Source of the DNA: Eubacteriales bacterium
GTDB taxonomy: Bacteria > Bacillota > Clostridia > Oscillospirales > QAKW01
Direction of reading: 5' to 3'
Assembly (NCBI GenBank): GCA_045544255.1
Contig: JAZPYP010000082.1
Span: 5,347-69,346 of the forward strand
DNA length: 64,000 nucleotides
Shown here piece by piece: positions 53,372 to 62,766 of the stretch (position 1 is the stretch's first letter; each line of letters opens with the position of its first letter). The notes beneath the pieces were generated by a model. It was not told where the DNA came from and did no database searches. It saw only the letters and a program-made list of their open reading frames with translations. A program made the position numbers and the translations under genes.

Positions 53372-54244
53372 ATGATTCTCTGCAGCCAGACCGAAATTTT
53401 AGCTCAGCGCTATTCCTTGGAGGAGGCGCTTCAAAAGCTCAAAGAGGCAGGCTTTGATGCCGCTGATCTTTCCCTTTTTGATACCCCCGATAATCCCCGC
53501 TGGAGCAAGGAAACCTATCGGGAAGAAGCCATCAAAATAGGCGAATATGCCCGCTCCATCGGCATTCCCATCCTGCAGGCCCATGCCTATTTTCCTCCAA
53601 GCACTCTTTTTAAGAAACTGCCCTATGAAGAGATTTTGGAGTTTATTGATCGGGGAGTGGAAATCGCTGCCCTGGCAGGTGCGAAGGTCATTGTGGTGCA
53701 CCCGCTGCACTATTCCGATTATGAATACCATGAGGAAGAATGGTTTGAGCGCAATATGGCCTATTATGCCCGCTTTAAGCCCCTATGCGAGCAATACGGA
53801 GTGCAGGTTTGCGTTGAAAACATGTGGAAAACCCATAAATTGCGCAAATGCATCGACCATGATACCTGCTCAAGGCCCGAAGAATTTATCCGCTATCTGG
53901 ATACCCTCAATGCCGATGGTAAAAACCATTTTACCGCCTGCCTTGATCTTGGCCATATGGTGCTGGTGGGCGAAAAGCCGGATCGCATGATCCGAATGCT
54001 GGGCAATCGGATCGGCGCTCTTCATGTGCACGATAATAATTATCGCGACGATAGCCATACCCTCCCCGGCCTTGGCAAAATGCCCTATGAGGAAATCTGC
54101 GCCGCCCTGAAAGAGATCGGCTACCAAGGGCTCTTCACTCTGGAGGCCGATAACTTTATTAAAAATGTTCCCGATGCACTCCTCCCCTCGGCAGTTGCCT
54201 TTATGGCAAAAAACGCCCGCTACTATGCAAATCTATGCGAATAA
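53372..54244 (+). CDS. Sugar phosphate isomerase/epimerase (xylose-isomerase-like TIM barrel)
   Basis: VVHP, CVENM and LHVHDN motifs. Starts 1 nt after the manA stop. Confidence 0.7.
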   Translation: MILCSQTEILAQRYSLEEALQKLKEAGFDAADLSLFDTPDNPRWSKETYREEAIKIGEYARSIGIPILQAHAYFPPSTLFKKLPYEEILEFIDRGVEIAALAGAKVIVVHPLHYSDYEYHEEEWFERNMAYYARFKPLCEQYGVQVCVENMWKTHKLRKCIDHDTCSRPEEFIRYLDTLNADGKNHFTACLDLGHMVLVGEKPDRMIRMLGNRIGALHVHDNNYRDDSHTLPGLGKMPYEEICAALKEIGYQGLFTLEADNFIKNVPDALLPSAVAFMAKNARYYANLCE

Positions 54245-54249
54245 AATCC

Positions 54250-54285
54250 TGCCCCTGCCGCTTGTTTTGCGGCAGGGGCATTATA
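54250..54285 (+). terminator. Terminator-like hairpin after the araC-cohesin-manA-isomerase operon
   Basis: 12-bp stem TGCCCCTGCCGC / GCGGCAGGGGCA (54250-54261 / 54269-54280). The T tract is weak. Confidence 0.55.
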
Positions 54286-54328
54286 TATAATTTTTAATCG
54301 GGGATCGGAAAAATTGTTCAAAACCTTT

Positions 54329-54386
54329 GATTTCTGCCGCAAGGGTTACCCGAAGGCGTACAAAGGTACGCCGAGTGGCAGAAATC
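54329..54386. repeat. Structured ~58-nt stem-loop element related to the duplicated element at 28196-28390
   Basis: Perfect 10-bp outer stem GATTTCTGCC / GGCAGAAATC (54329-54338 / 54377-54386). 7-bp inner hairpin GGCGTAC-AAAG-GTACGCC (54355-54372). It shares GATTTCT...GGCGTA...TAC.CCGAG.GG.A.AAATCGGA with 28324-28384. Confidence 0.6.
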
Positions 54387-54402
54387 GGAGGTAGAAACGA
54401 AT

Positions 54403-54432
54403 AAAAAAGCACCGCCTGAGCGGTGCTTTTTT
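54403..54432. terminator. Bidirectional terminator (serves the minus-strand CofE-like gene)
   Basis: Stem AGCACCGC / GCGGTGCT (54408-54415 / 54420-54427), flanked by A6 and T5. Confidence 0.75.
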
Positions 54433-54471
54433 ATACGTTTACGGTTTGGGCAATTTTAACATCCCCGAAAA

Positions 54472-55668
54472 TTATTCGTCGGTATAGTTATCAAAATAAC
54501 CTTGGATATAAACGAAGGGAGTACCCTTATCGCCGGAGCCGGAGGTCAGATCGCAAAGGGTGCCGATCAGGTCGGTCAAGCGGCGGGGAGTGGTGCCTTG
54601 GGAAGCCATATTGCCTACCAGGCTTTCATCAGTCTTGGCAGCAATCTTGCTCTTAATAGCGGCCTTGAGCTCCTCGCCCTTCAGGTCTGCATAATCATTA
54701 TCTGCAAGATATTTGAGTTTGAGCTCATTGGGAGTGCCCTCCAAGCCCTTGGTATAGTTGGGAGAAACGCAAGGATCTGCAAGCTCCCAGATATGGCCAA
54801 CGGGATCCTTGAAGGCGCCATCGCCATAAACCATAACCTCAACGGTCTTGCCGGTCTTCTCGAAGAGGCGCTTTTGAACATCCTCTACCAAAGCTTGGCA
54901 ATCGCGGGGGAAGAGTTTTACTTTATCTTCGGTGGATTTATTGGAGCCAAGGAGGCCATATTTATCATTATAGCCGCTATTGCCGATGGGGGCATCCATG
55001 ATCTGATCCATACCGTATACAATCTCGGCGCCGGCTTCTTTGAGCAGGCGGCGGGTACGGAAACGGGAATGGATATCGCAGTTCAGAACATTCTTGGTAT
55101 ATTTGAGAATGGCTCTGGGATCATTTGCAAAAACAAACTCAACCTCGCAGCCGCAGCCGGTGATCAGTTCTTCATAATATTCCACATAGTCCATGCCGGT
55201 GAAGGGATGCTTCTCATAACCGAAAAGCTCACGATATTGCTTGATATCCAAAACATCGGTATAGGGGTTTACACCGGATGCATCTACCTTATCAGGGCTA
55301 ACAAGATTATTGCCCACTTCATCGCCGGGGTAGCTGAGCATCATATAGATCTTCTTACAGCCCTTGGCGATACCGCGCAGGCAGATGGAGAAGCGGTTAC
55401 GGCTGAGGATCGGCAGAATAACGCCAACAGTGCCGCCGCCAAATTTGGTGCGAACATCCTCGGCAATATTTTCAACGGTAACATAGTTATTTTGAGTACG
55501 AGCCACAATAGACTCGGTCATCGCAATAATATCCCGATCCCGAACAGTGAAATCACCGTTCTCAACAGCCTGCATGATGCAATCAACAACGATCTCGGCC
55601 AGATTATCGCCCTCACGAACGATAGGGGCGCGAAGACCTCTTGATATGGTGCCGATCATTCTACTCAT
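54472..55668 (-). CDS. CofE-like protein (F420-0:gamma-glutamyl ligase family fold), function unknown in this context
   Basis: 398 aa. N-terminal PIVREGDNLAEIVV...RDIIAMTESIVARTQ and C-terminal GTLCDLTSGSGDKGTPFVYIQGY resemble CofE/FbiB family blocks (recollection). Confidence 0.55.
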   Translation of the reverse strand: MSRMIGTISRGLRAPIVREGDNLAEIVVDCIMQAVENGDFTVRDRDIIAMTESIVARTQNNYVTVENIAEDVRTKFGGGTVGVILPILSRNRFSICLRGIAKGCKKIYMMLSYPGDEVGNNLVSPDKVDASGVNPYTDVLDIKQYRELFGYEKHPFTGMDYVEYYEELITGCGCEVEFVFANDPRAILKYTKNVLNCDIHSRFRTRRLLKEAGAEIVYGMDQIMDAPIGNSGYNDKYGLLGSNKSTEDKVKLFPRDCQALVEDVQKRLFEKTGKTVEVMVYGDGAFKDPVGHIWELADPCVSPNYTKGLEGTPNELKLKYLADNDYADLKGEELKAAIKSKIAAKTDESLVGNMASQGTTPRRLTDLIGTLCDLTSGSGDKGTPFVYIQGYFDNYTDE

Positions 55669-55711
55669 TTGAAATACACATCCTTCTTAATAATATGGAT
55701 TTTTAACGTAA

Positions 55712-56068
55712 TTATTTTACTGCTTTAGTGGCCACTATGTCAACCCCTGTTTCGCAAATATTTGAAATAATTATATCGTGCATTTCCACAGGAAGAGCAA
55801 CTTTAGTCTTGCGAATCAGTTCCATGCAGTCAAAGAGTTTTTCCTTGGGCAGGGGATTTGCGGAGCGCACAGGAAGGAGCTCCCCTTTCATGCCGTCGAT
55901 CATCACCGTAGTGGTAAGGATCCGCACGGGATGGGAAAACTCGGCAGTGGCATAGGTAACGCCGCGTTTGCAGCCATAGCCTTCCATGGCGGTGATCTTT
56001 TCACCCTCACCCTCCACATTGATATGGCAACCGCGAGGGCATACGGTACAAATAATTTCTTTTTTCAT
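55712..56068 (-). CDS. DUF1667 domain protein (small Cys-rich subunit of a three-gene FAD oxidoreductase cluster)
   Basis: 118 aa with CTVCPRGCHINV...GYGCKRG, typical of DUF1667. Follows two FAD oxidoreductase genes. Confidence 0.7.
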   Translation of the reverse strand: MKKEIICTVCPRGCHINVEGEGEKITAMEGYGCKRGVTYATAEFSHPVRILTTTVMIDGMKGELLPVRSANPLPKEKLFDCMELIRKTKVALPVEMHDIIISNICETGVDIVATKAVK

Positions 56069-56071
56069 CAG

Positions 56072-57334
56072 TTATGCCTCCTTCACCACTTCAACTGTTA
56101 TCTCGCTGCCCGAAAGCTTATCGGTTTCAACAGTGAGATGATTCATTTCGCCGGGATTTACCAGAATTTCTTTCTTCTTTGCAATGATCTCATCACCGCA
56201 GCGGGCAATCAAGGTTACCTTCTGCTCGGGCTGCAATACCCGGAAATAAACATCGACTTTGGCGCCCTTCTGATTGGCATCGATGGATTGCGGGCAGAGG
56301 TAGCGCACATTTCTGCCGGTAACGCATTCCATAATATTCTGCGCATCGTTCAGCTTGCCCATTGCAAATTTAGCGGCATATTTACCTGCCACTGCGCTCT
56401 CTGCACTAACATTATCGACAAGATCATTAACATGCACAACATTTCCGCATGCAAAAATTGCAGGAGAGGAGGTTTGCATATATTGATTAACAGCAGGGCC
56501 ATTGGTAATGGGATTCATCTCGATCCCTGCCTTGCGGGTAAGCTCATTTTCAGGCAAGAGCCCTACCGAGAAGAGAACGGTATCGCACTCTACAAATTCA
56601 GCTTGCTCATTAATGGGCTTTTTATTCTCATCAACAGGAGCAACCCAAACGCCGGTTACCCGCTCATTGCCTTCGATGCGGGTAATGGTATGAGAAAGCT
56701 TCAGGGGGATGCCAAAATCATCCAAACACTGCACCCGATTGCGGGTAAGGCCTGCCAGATAATCCATCAGCTCCACAACCATTACAACCTTGGCGCCCTC
56801 CAGCGACATTCTTCTTGCCATGATCATGCCGATATCGCCGGAACCGAGGATCACAACCTTCTTCCCTACCATAATATTCTGGCGGTTTACAAGGCGCTGG
56901 GCCGAGCCTGCAGTAAAGAGCCCTGCGGGGCGGGTGCCGGGGATCATGATCCCTGCGCGGGTGCGCTCTCTGCAGCCCATGGCCAAAACAATGCTGCCTG
57001 CCTGAATGCAGGAAAGGCCATATTCGCTGCCGGTGCAGATCACTTCGTTGGTTTCATTATTCACCTGCAAAACCATAGCGCCAAGCATATATTCAACGCC
57101 CAATTCATTGGCCTGATCCACAAATCTGCTATAATATTCGGGGCCGGTCAGCTCTTCGCCGAAGCGAGTGAGGCCGAAGCCCGGATGGATACACTGCTGC
57201 AAAATGCCGCCCAGTGCATTATCACGCTCGATTACAATAACGCGCTCTGCGCCTTCTTCCTTTGCCGCAATGGCAGCCGCCAAGCCTGCAGGGCCGCCGC
57301 CGATAATGGCAACATCACATTTCATATTATTCAT
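56072..57334 (-). CDS. FAD/NAD(P)-dependent pyridine nucleotide-disulfide-type oxidoreductase
   Basis: Two dinucleotide folds, DVAIIGGGPAGLAAA and VVILGSGDIGMIMA. Cluster context. Confidence 0.75.
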   Translation of the reverse strand: MNNMKCDVAIIGGGPAGLAAAIAAKEEGAERVIVIERDNALGGILQQCIHPGFGLTRFGEELTGPEYYSRFVDQANELGVEYMLGAMVLQVNNETNEVICTGSEYGLSCIQAGSIVLAMGCRERTRAGIMIPGTRPAGLFTAGSAQRLVNRQNIMVGKKVVILGSGDIGMIMARRMSLEGAKVVMVVELMDYLAGLTRNRVQCLDDFGIPLKLSHTITRIEGNERVTGVWVAPVDENKKPINEQAEFVECDTVLFSVGLLPENELTRKAGIEMNPITNGPAVNQYMQTSSPAIFACGNVVHVNDLVDNVSAESAVAGKYAAKFAMGKLNDAQNIMECVTGRNVRYLCPQSIDANQKGAKVDVYFRVLQPEQKVTLIARCGDEIIAKKKEILVNPGEMNHLTVETDKLSGSEITVEVVKEA

Positions 57335-57339
57335 CGCGA

Positions 57340-58785
57340 TTAACCCTCCCTGGTACTGCCGGTTACCATATAGGAACCGTCGATATTTTTATTAATATCC
57401 GTAGGCGCGCAATTCAGCTCGCGGGCCAAAATCTCAATCACCTTGGGGCCGCAGAAACCTGCTTGGCAGCGGCCCATTCCGGCGCGAACGCGGCGCTTAA
57501 CTGCATCAACCGTTCTTGCGCCCAAGGGGCGATGGATCGCCTCAAGAATCTCTGCCTCGGTGATGGTTTCGCAGCGGCATACCACATTGGCATAGAGGGG
57601 ATTTTCTTTGATAAGAGCATCCTGCTCTTCCAAGGTGCATTCGCTGAATTTAATAATGCCCTTCCGCTCTTTAATAAAGTTATCCTTCAGCTTGAAGCCG
57701 GCGCCGCGATAAAGCATCTGCTCCACCACATATTTGCCCATGGAAACCGAAAGGGTAAGGCCGGTGGAGCGAACACCGGAAAGGTTCACATAGCCTTCCA
57801 AATCGTCCCAAATATCAAAATTCAATCCTTCGGGATTGCGGTTGGGGCGCAGGCCGGAATATTGCGTAATGGTATCCCGCACATTAACATTGGGAACCAA
57901 ATTCTTTACATCTGCGGTAATGGAAGCAAGGCCTTCTGCAGAGGTGGATTTATCGGTCTTGGAATCCTGATCCTCGGCGGTGGGGCCAACCAACATATTG
58001 CCATGAATGGTGGGGCACATCAGCTTACCCTTGGTAACCTTGGTGGGGATGGGAAGCACAATATGGTCTACCTGGCAAGAGGTATTCTTATCCAAAATAA
58101 AGAACTGACCCTTGCGGGCAACCACCTTATATTCAGCCTTGCCCACCATCTCTGCGATCTCATCGCAATAGAGACCTGCGCAGTTGATTACATATTTGGT
58201 TTCGATCTCTTCGCCGGTGGTAACCACACTCTTGATCTTGCCATCTTCAGTCTTAATATCGATAACCTTGGTATTCAAAAGGAAGCGCACTCCATTAGCG
58301 GCAGCATTTTCGGCCATTGCCTGCACAAAGATAAAGGGATCAATAATGCTCTCTCTGGGAATCCAAAGGCCGCCCTTCACTTCGGGATTCAGGTTGGGCT
58401 CCATCTCTAAAAGCTGGGCGCCGGATTTATACTCAATATCGTATACATGATTGCGGAATGCCTTCTCTTTGATTTCGGGCAACTTTTCAAATTGCTCCTC
58501 GGTGATCGCGGGGAGAATGGCGCCGATCCGAGAGAAAGGCACATCCAGATCCTTCACAATCTCATCGTACATGGGATTTGCGGCCACAACCAACTGGGAT
58601 TCCAAAGTTCCGGGCGCTGCATCATAGCCGGTATGGATAATCGCGCTGTTGGACTTGGAGGCATCGCCACCCACATCGTCATTCTTCTCCACCACGATTA
58701 CATCCACTTCATACTTGGAGAGCTCGCGGGCCACCGCACTGCCGACCGCGCCGGCACCGATGACAACAACATCTGTTTTGAGCAT
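57340..58785 (-). CDS. FAD-dependent glycerol-3-phosphate dehydrogenase/oxidase-like protein with C-terminal BFD-like [2Fe-2S] domain
   Basis: DVVVIGAGAVGSAVA FAD fold, a DAO-type body, and a C-terminal CRCETITEAEI...GMGRCQAGFC BFD-like motif. Confidence 0.75.
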   Translation of the reverse strand: MLKTDVVVIGAGAVGSAVARELSKYEVDVIVVEKNDDVGGDASKSNSAIIHTGYDAAPGTLESQLVVAANPMYDEIVKDLDVPFSRIGAILPAITEEQFEKLPEIKEKAFRNHVYDIEYKSGAQLLEMEPNLNPEVKGGLWIPRESIIDPFIFVQAMAENAAANGVRFLLNTKVIDIKTEDGKIKSVVTTGEEIETKYVINCAGLYCDEIAEMVGKAEYKVVARKGQFFILDKNTSCQVDHIVLPIPTKVTKGKLMCPTIHGNMLVGPTAEDQDSKTDKSTSAEGLASITADVKNLVPNVNVRDTITQYSGLRPNRNPEGLNFDIWDDLEGYVNLSGVRSTGLTLSVSMGKYVVEQMLYRGAGFKLKDNFIKERKGIIKFSECTLEEQDALIKENPLYANVVCRCETITEAEILEAIHRPLGARTVDAVKRRVRAGMGRCQAGFCGPKVIEILARELNCAPTDINKNIDGSYMVTGSTREG

Positions 58786-58844
58786 AACAAAACACCTTCC
58801 TCATCAAATTCTTTTTATAAGAGCCAATTTTCACTCTGCGAATC

Positions 58845-58873
58845 ATTATAACATATGGTCAGAAACTTTGCAA
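58845..58873 (-). promoter_or_regulatory. Candidate promoter of the glycerol-3-P-dehydrogenase-type operon
   Basis: On the minus strand: TTGCAA (58873-58868), 17 nt, TATAAT (58850-58845). Confidence 0.5.
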
Positions 58874-58893
58874 GATGTTTGCAAAATGTTTTC

Positions 58894-58930
58894 AAAAAAA
58901 TATGGTACGAAAAACTTGTTTTCGTACCAT
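58894..58930 (-). terminator. Terminator of the DeoR regulator gene
   Basis: 12-bp stem ATGGTACGAAAA / TTTTCGTACCAT (58902-58913 / 58919-58930), with T7 on the minus strand. Confidence 0.8.
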
Positions 58931-58936
58931 TTCTTT

Positions 58937-59710
58937 TTATTTTGCTAAAATCACCTTGGCGCCTGCGCTCTCCAACGCCGCCACCGCCTGCAAGGGCGCT
59001 TCATCATCGGTAATCACAAGGTCGATCTCCTCAAGGGTGCAAACCTTATTCATCGCCCGCAGCCCCATCTTGCCGGAATCAGCCAACGCAATAGATTGAG
59101 TAGCATTATCGATCATCCGCCGATGAAGGCGCGCCTCTCCGATATGAAAATCTGTGATTCCCTCTTCGTTGATCCCGCCGATGCCGATAAAGGCTTTATC
59201 CAAATTAAAATGCTCCAAATTTTCCTCGGAAGGAAATTCCGAAAGGGTTAGCTCCTTGGCCCGAAGGCGGCCGCCGGTGAGGATCACTGTGCAATCCGCG
59301 ATTTCGGAAAGCTCCACTGCAGTGCGAAGGGCATTGGTGAAAACAGTGATGGGCCCGATATTCTTCATATATTGCGCCATCGCCTGCACAGTGGTGCCAA
59401 CGCCCATATAAACGGCATCGCCCGGCCGGATCAATTTAACAGCCTCTTTGGCGATCTTATCCTTTTGCTGATGCTTCATTTCTGCTCGGCTGGCATATTC
59501 CGGCTCGGAATTGAGCAGCGCAGTCGCCACCGCTCCGCCATAAACCTTGCGGAGCACTCCCTGCTTTTCCAAATAATCCAGATCCCGCCGCACCGTTTCG
59601 ATGGAGATACCAAACCGCTCCATCAGCTCTGCATTTTTCACTGTTCGATTCTGCTTGATCAGATCCGCGATCTGCGTTCTTCGCTCCAAATTCAAAGGGA
59701 TCCCTCCCAT
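58937..59710 (-). CDS. DeoR/GlpR-family transcriptional repressor
   Basis: N-terminal HTH (VKNAELMERFGISIETVRRDLDYLEKQGVLRKVYGGA) and a C-terminal sugar-phosphate sensor domain. Upstream of the glycerol-3-P-type cluster. Confidence 0.85.
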   Translation of the reverse strand: MGGIPLNLERRTQIADLIKQNRTVKNAELMERFGISIETVRRDLDYLEKQGVLRKVYGGAVATALLNSEPEYASRAEMKHQQKDKIAKEAVKLIRPGDAVYMGVGTTVQAMAQYMKNIGPITVFTNALRTAVELSEIADCTVILTGGRLRAKELTLSEFPSEENLEHFNLDKAFIGIGGINEEGITDFHIGEARLHRRMIDNATQSIALADSGKMGLRAMNKVCTLEEIDLVITDDEAPLQAVAALESAGAKVILAK

Positions 59711-59713
59711 TTC

Positions 59714-60529
59714 TTATACTTTATTGATATCAATATAATCAAAACCGGTCGCAGTGCGCACCGCAAGGCGCTCAAAGCCCGCCGCCCGAATCCGCTTCAG
59801 AGCATCTTCAAATCCGATGCCAAGCTTTCTGGCATCATGGCAGTCGCTGCTCAAAATCATATCGCCGCCCCGCTCATGGATCGCCCGCATCACATAGTTG
59901 ACCGGATAAGCCGAGGCCCGATAGCCTCTTGCAATAGCGCCGGTATTCACCTCAAAAGGCACCCCATAGGGGATCAGCGCCTTCACCGCATCCTCTGCCG
60001 CCGCCCGATAGCGGGGATGATCGATGGAAAAGAAGGGATGGATCTTTTCCCATTTATTGATCAGATCAAAATGGCCGATAATATCGCCATGGGTTTTATC
60101 CAGAACCTTGGAAACCTCTTCAAAATAGGCCTCTGCCAGATTCATGGAGTTTCCGTTGAATACCTCAACCAGTTCCTCCATCTGCTCCACCGAGGCATCC
60201 ACATCCCAGATCCTTCTTCCGATCTTAACCCCATGGACCGAGCCGATAATAAAATCGAATTTTCCAGTGGGCGGCGCAGAAAAGGAATCCTGCTCAATGC
60301 CGCAAAGAATAGTGATGCGATCCTTATATTTTTCCTTCAGAGCGGCAATCTCCTCCCGATAGAAATCCACATCGGTTTCTGCCATAGTCCAGCTCTCGCC
60401 GGGGATGGGAGAGTGCTCTGAAAAGCCGAGAAGGGTATAGCCCTTTTTCAAGGCCGCCTCGATCATCTCTTCGGGGGTATTGATCCCATCGCCATATTTT
60501 GTATGGATATGCACTTCGCTTTTGACCAT
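59714..60529 (-). CDS. hisJ: Histidinol-phosphatase, HisJ family (PHP domain)
   Basis: PHP motif HIHTKYGDG, FSEHSP, GSVH, and a terminal SSDCHD. Adjacent to the his operon. Confidence 0.8.
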   Translation of the reverse strand: MVKSEVHIHTKYGDGINTPEEMIEAALKKGYTLLGFSEHSPIPGESWTMAETDVDFYREEIAALKEKYKDRITILCGIEQDSFSAPPTGKFDFIIGSVHGVKIGRRIWDVDASVEQMEELVEVFNGNSMNLAEAYFEEVSKVLDKTHGDIIGHFDLINKWEKIHPFFSIDHPRYRAAAEDAVKALIPYGVPFEVNTGAIARGYRASAYPVNYVMRAIHERGGDMILSSDCHDARKLGIGFEDALKRIRAAGFERLAVRTATGFDYIDINKV

Positions 60530-60605
60530 TGCTATTTCTCCTATTCAATCCGTTAAACCATTAAAATTCTATCATTTTTTAATGGTGCCCGTCAATGGGT
60601 GTTTT

Positions 60606-60647
60606 AAATAAAAAGAACTATGGTCCATCCCTGCATCATAGTTCTTT
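60606..60647 (-). terminator. Terminator of the his operon (after hisIE)
   Basis: Stem AAGAACTATG / CATAGTTCTT (60613-60622 / 60637-60646) with a 14-nt loop. The minus strand continues TTTTTATTT. Confidence 0.65.
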
Positions 60648-60657
60648 TCCATAAATT

Positions 60658-61293
60658 TTAAGTCATCTTTTCTTGTTTCACCTTATGGTCGATCACATGG
60701 CGGCTGCCAAGCTCCTTGCGGATATCCTCCACCGAGATTCCCTGCTCCACCATCAGCACCATGATATGATAGGCAAGATCGGCAATCTCATAAATCGTCT
60801 CGGCCTTATCCTCCGCCTTGGCGGCGATAATCACCTCGGTGCTCTCCTCACCGATCTTTTTCAGAATCTTATCCAAACCCTTTTGGAAAAGATAGGTGGT
60901 ATAGGATCCTTCGGGCAGCTGCTCCTTGCGCCCCTGAAGAAGGGCATAAAGACCTTCCATCGAGAAGGCGGGAGCGATCTCTCCCTCATAGATCCGCTCA
61001 TTAAAGCAGCTATCGGTGCCCTTATGGCAGGCAGGGCCATCCTTTTTTACCCGCACCTCCAGCGCATCTCCATCGCAATCGGCAGTAATCGACACAATAT
61101 GCTGATAATTTCCGCTGGTCTCCCCTTTGAGCCAAAGCTCGCCTCTTGAGCGGCTCCAAAAGCAGGTGAGCCCTTTTTCCATGGAAATACCAAGGCTTTC
61201 CTGATTCATATAGGCAAGGGTTAAGACCTTGCCGCTTTCATCATCCACAACGATTGCCGGAATCAATCCTTTTTCATCAAATTTCAGATTCAT
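60658..61293 (-). CDS. hisI: Bifunctional phosphoribosyl-AMP cyclohydrolase / phosphoribosyl-ATP diphosphatase
   Basis: HisI block ([18 protein letters not shown]...DCDGDAL...GPACHKG) fused to a HisE block ([25 protein letters not shown]...[11 protein letters not shown]). Confidence 0.9.
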   Translation of the reverse strand: MNLKFDEKGLIPAIVVDDESGKVLTLAYMNQESLGISMEKGLTCFWSRSRGELWLKGETSGNYQHIVSITADCDGDALEVRVKKDGPACHKGTDSCFNERIYEGEIAPAFSMEGLYALLQGRKEQLPEGSYTTYLFQKGLDKILKKIGEESTEVIIAAKAEDKAETIYEIADLAYHIMVLMVEQGISVEDIRKELGSRHVIDHKVKQEKMT

Positions 61294-61300
61294 CTTTTTC

Positions 61301-62056
61301 TTACCTCACATTGATATTGCTCTCGCGCAGCCGCGCTTTCAGATCCTCGATCCGGACCTCCCCGAAATGAAAGATGGAGGCCGCAAGGCCTGCATCTACC
61401 TTGGGAAGGCTCTTAAAGAGGGTAATAAAATCTTCAATACAGCCGGCGCCGCCGCTGGCAATCACCGGCACATTCACCGCATTGCTCACCGCATCCAGCA
61501 TCTCAAGATCAAACCCGTTTTTCACCCCATCAGTATCGATGGAATTGAGCACCACCTCACCGGCGCCCCGATCCACGCAGGATTTGATCCATTCAATGGC
61601 CTCCATGCCGGTATTTTCTCTGCCGCCCTTGGCAAAGACCCGATAAACACCATCCACCCGTTTCACATCGGCGGAAAGCACCACACACTGATCTCCATAC
61701 CGCTCCGCGGCGCGGCGAACAAGATCGGGATCGCGGATGGCGCCGCTATTGACACTGACCTTATCGGCACCGCATTTTAATACCCGATCGAAATCCTCCA
61801 AGGTATTGATCCCGCCGCCAACGGTGAGGGGGATGAAAATGGTGCTTGCCACCTCTTTTAAGATATCGGTAAAGAGGGCGCGCCCTTCGGCAGAGGCGGT
61901 AATATCATAAAAGACCAGCTCATCGGCCCCATTTTCGCTATAATATTTTCCAAGCTCCACCGGGGAAGATACATCCCGCAAGCCTTCAAAGTTGGTACCC
62001 TTCACCACACGCCCGTTGCGCACATCCAGGCAAGGGATAATTCTTTTGGTAATCAT
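61301..62056 (-). CDS. hisF: Imidazole glycerol phosphate synthase cyclase subunit
   Basis: KRIIPCLDV...[13 protein letters not shown]...GGGI...GADKVSVNS...[13 protein letters not shown]...ASGGAG. Confidence 0.95.
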   Translation of the reverse strand: MITKRIIPCLDVRNGRVVKGTNFEGLRDVSSPVELGKYYSENGADELVFYDITASAEGRALFTDILKEVASTIFIPLTVGGGINTLEDFDRVLKCGADKVSVNSGAIRDPDLVRRAAERYGDQCVVLSADVKRVDGVYRVFAKGGRENTGMEAIEWIKSCVDRGAGEVVLNSIDTDGVKNGFDLEMLDAVSNAVNVPVIASGGAGCIEDFITLFKSLPKVDAGLAASIFHFGEVRIEDLKARLRESNINVR

Positions 62057-62766
62057 CGGCTCACCTCGATTGCTTCTTTGAGATCAATGGCGCCGGTATA
62101 ATAAGCCTTGCCGATGATGGCGCCATAAAGCCCCATCTCCTTGAGGGCCTTAACATCCTCCATAGAGGATACTCCGCCCGAGGCGATAAGATCGATCTTA
62201 TACTTTTGGGAAAGCTCTTTATAAAGCGCCCGATTGGTGCCCTTCATAGCTCCATCGCGGGAGATATCGGTGCAAATAATGGTTTGCACCCCGAGGGCTT
62301 CCATCTTTTCGAAATAGATCTCGGCGGTCTGCTCGCTCTTTTCGGTCCAACCTTTAATGGCCACAAACCCATCCTTCAGATCCACCCCAACAGCTACTTG
62401 CGCTCCATATTTTTGGAGAGCAGCCTTTAAGAAGGCCTCATCGGTTACCGCAGCGGTGCCCAGGATCACCCGATCCACTCTAAGGGAAAGATAATGGTCG
62501 ATGGTTTCCATATTGCGAATGCCGCCGCCTACCTCGATGAAGAGATCGGTTTCTTCGGCAATTCTTTGGATCACCTCGCTATTGGAGGGGATGCCGCTTT
62601 TGGCGCCCTCTAAATCAACAAGATGCAAGAATTTTGCGCCGCAGCGGATAAAATCCTTGGCAACCGCCAAAGGGTCCTCGTTATAAACCGTCATCTGTGC
62701 ATAGTCGCCCTTAAAAAGGCGCACCGCCTTTTTATCGACTAAATCAATTGCAGGAAAGATATTCAT
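62053..62766 (-). CDS. hisA: ProFAR isomerase HisA
   Basis: IFPAIDL...AVRLFKGDY...LHLVDLEGA...VGGGIR...TDISRDGAMKGTN...ASGGVSS. Confidence 0.95.
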   Translation of the reverse strand: MNIFPAIDLVDKKAVRLFKGDYAQMTVYNEDPLAVAKDFIRCGAKFLHLVDLEGAKSGIPSNSEVIQRIAEETDLFIEVGGGIRNMETIDHYLSLRVDRVILGTAAVTDEAFLKAALQKYGAQVAVGVDLKDGFVAIKGWTEKSEQTAEIYFEKMEALGVQTIICTDISRDGAMKGTNRALYKELSQKYKIDLIASGGVSSMEDVKALKEMGLYGAIIGKAYYTGAIDLKEAIEVSR

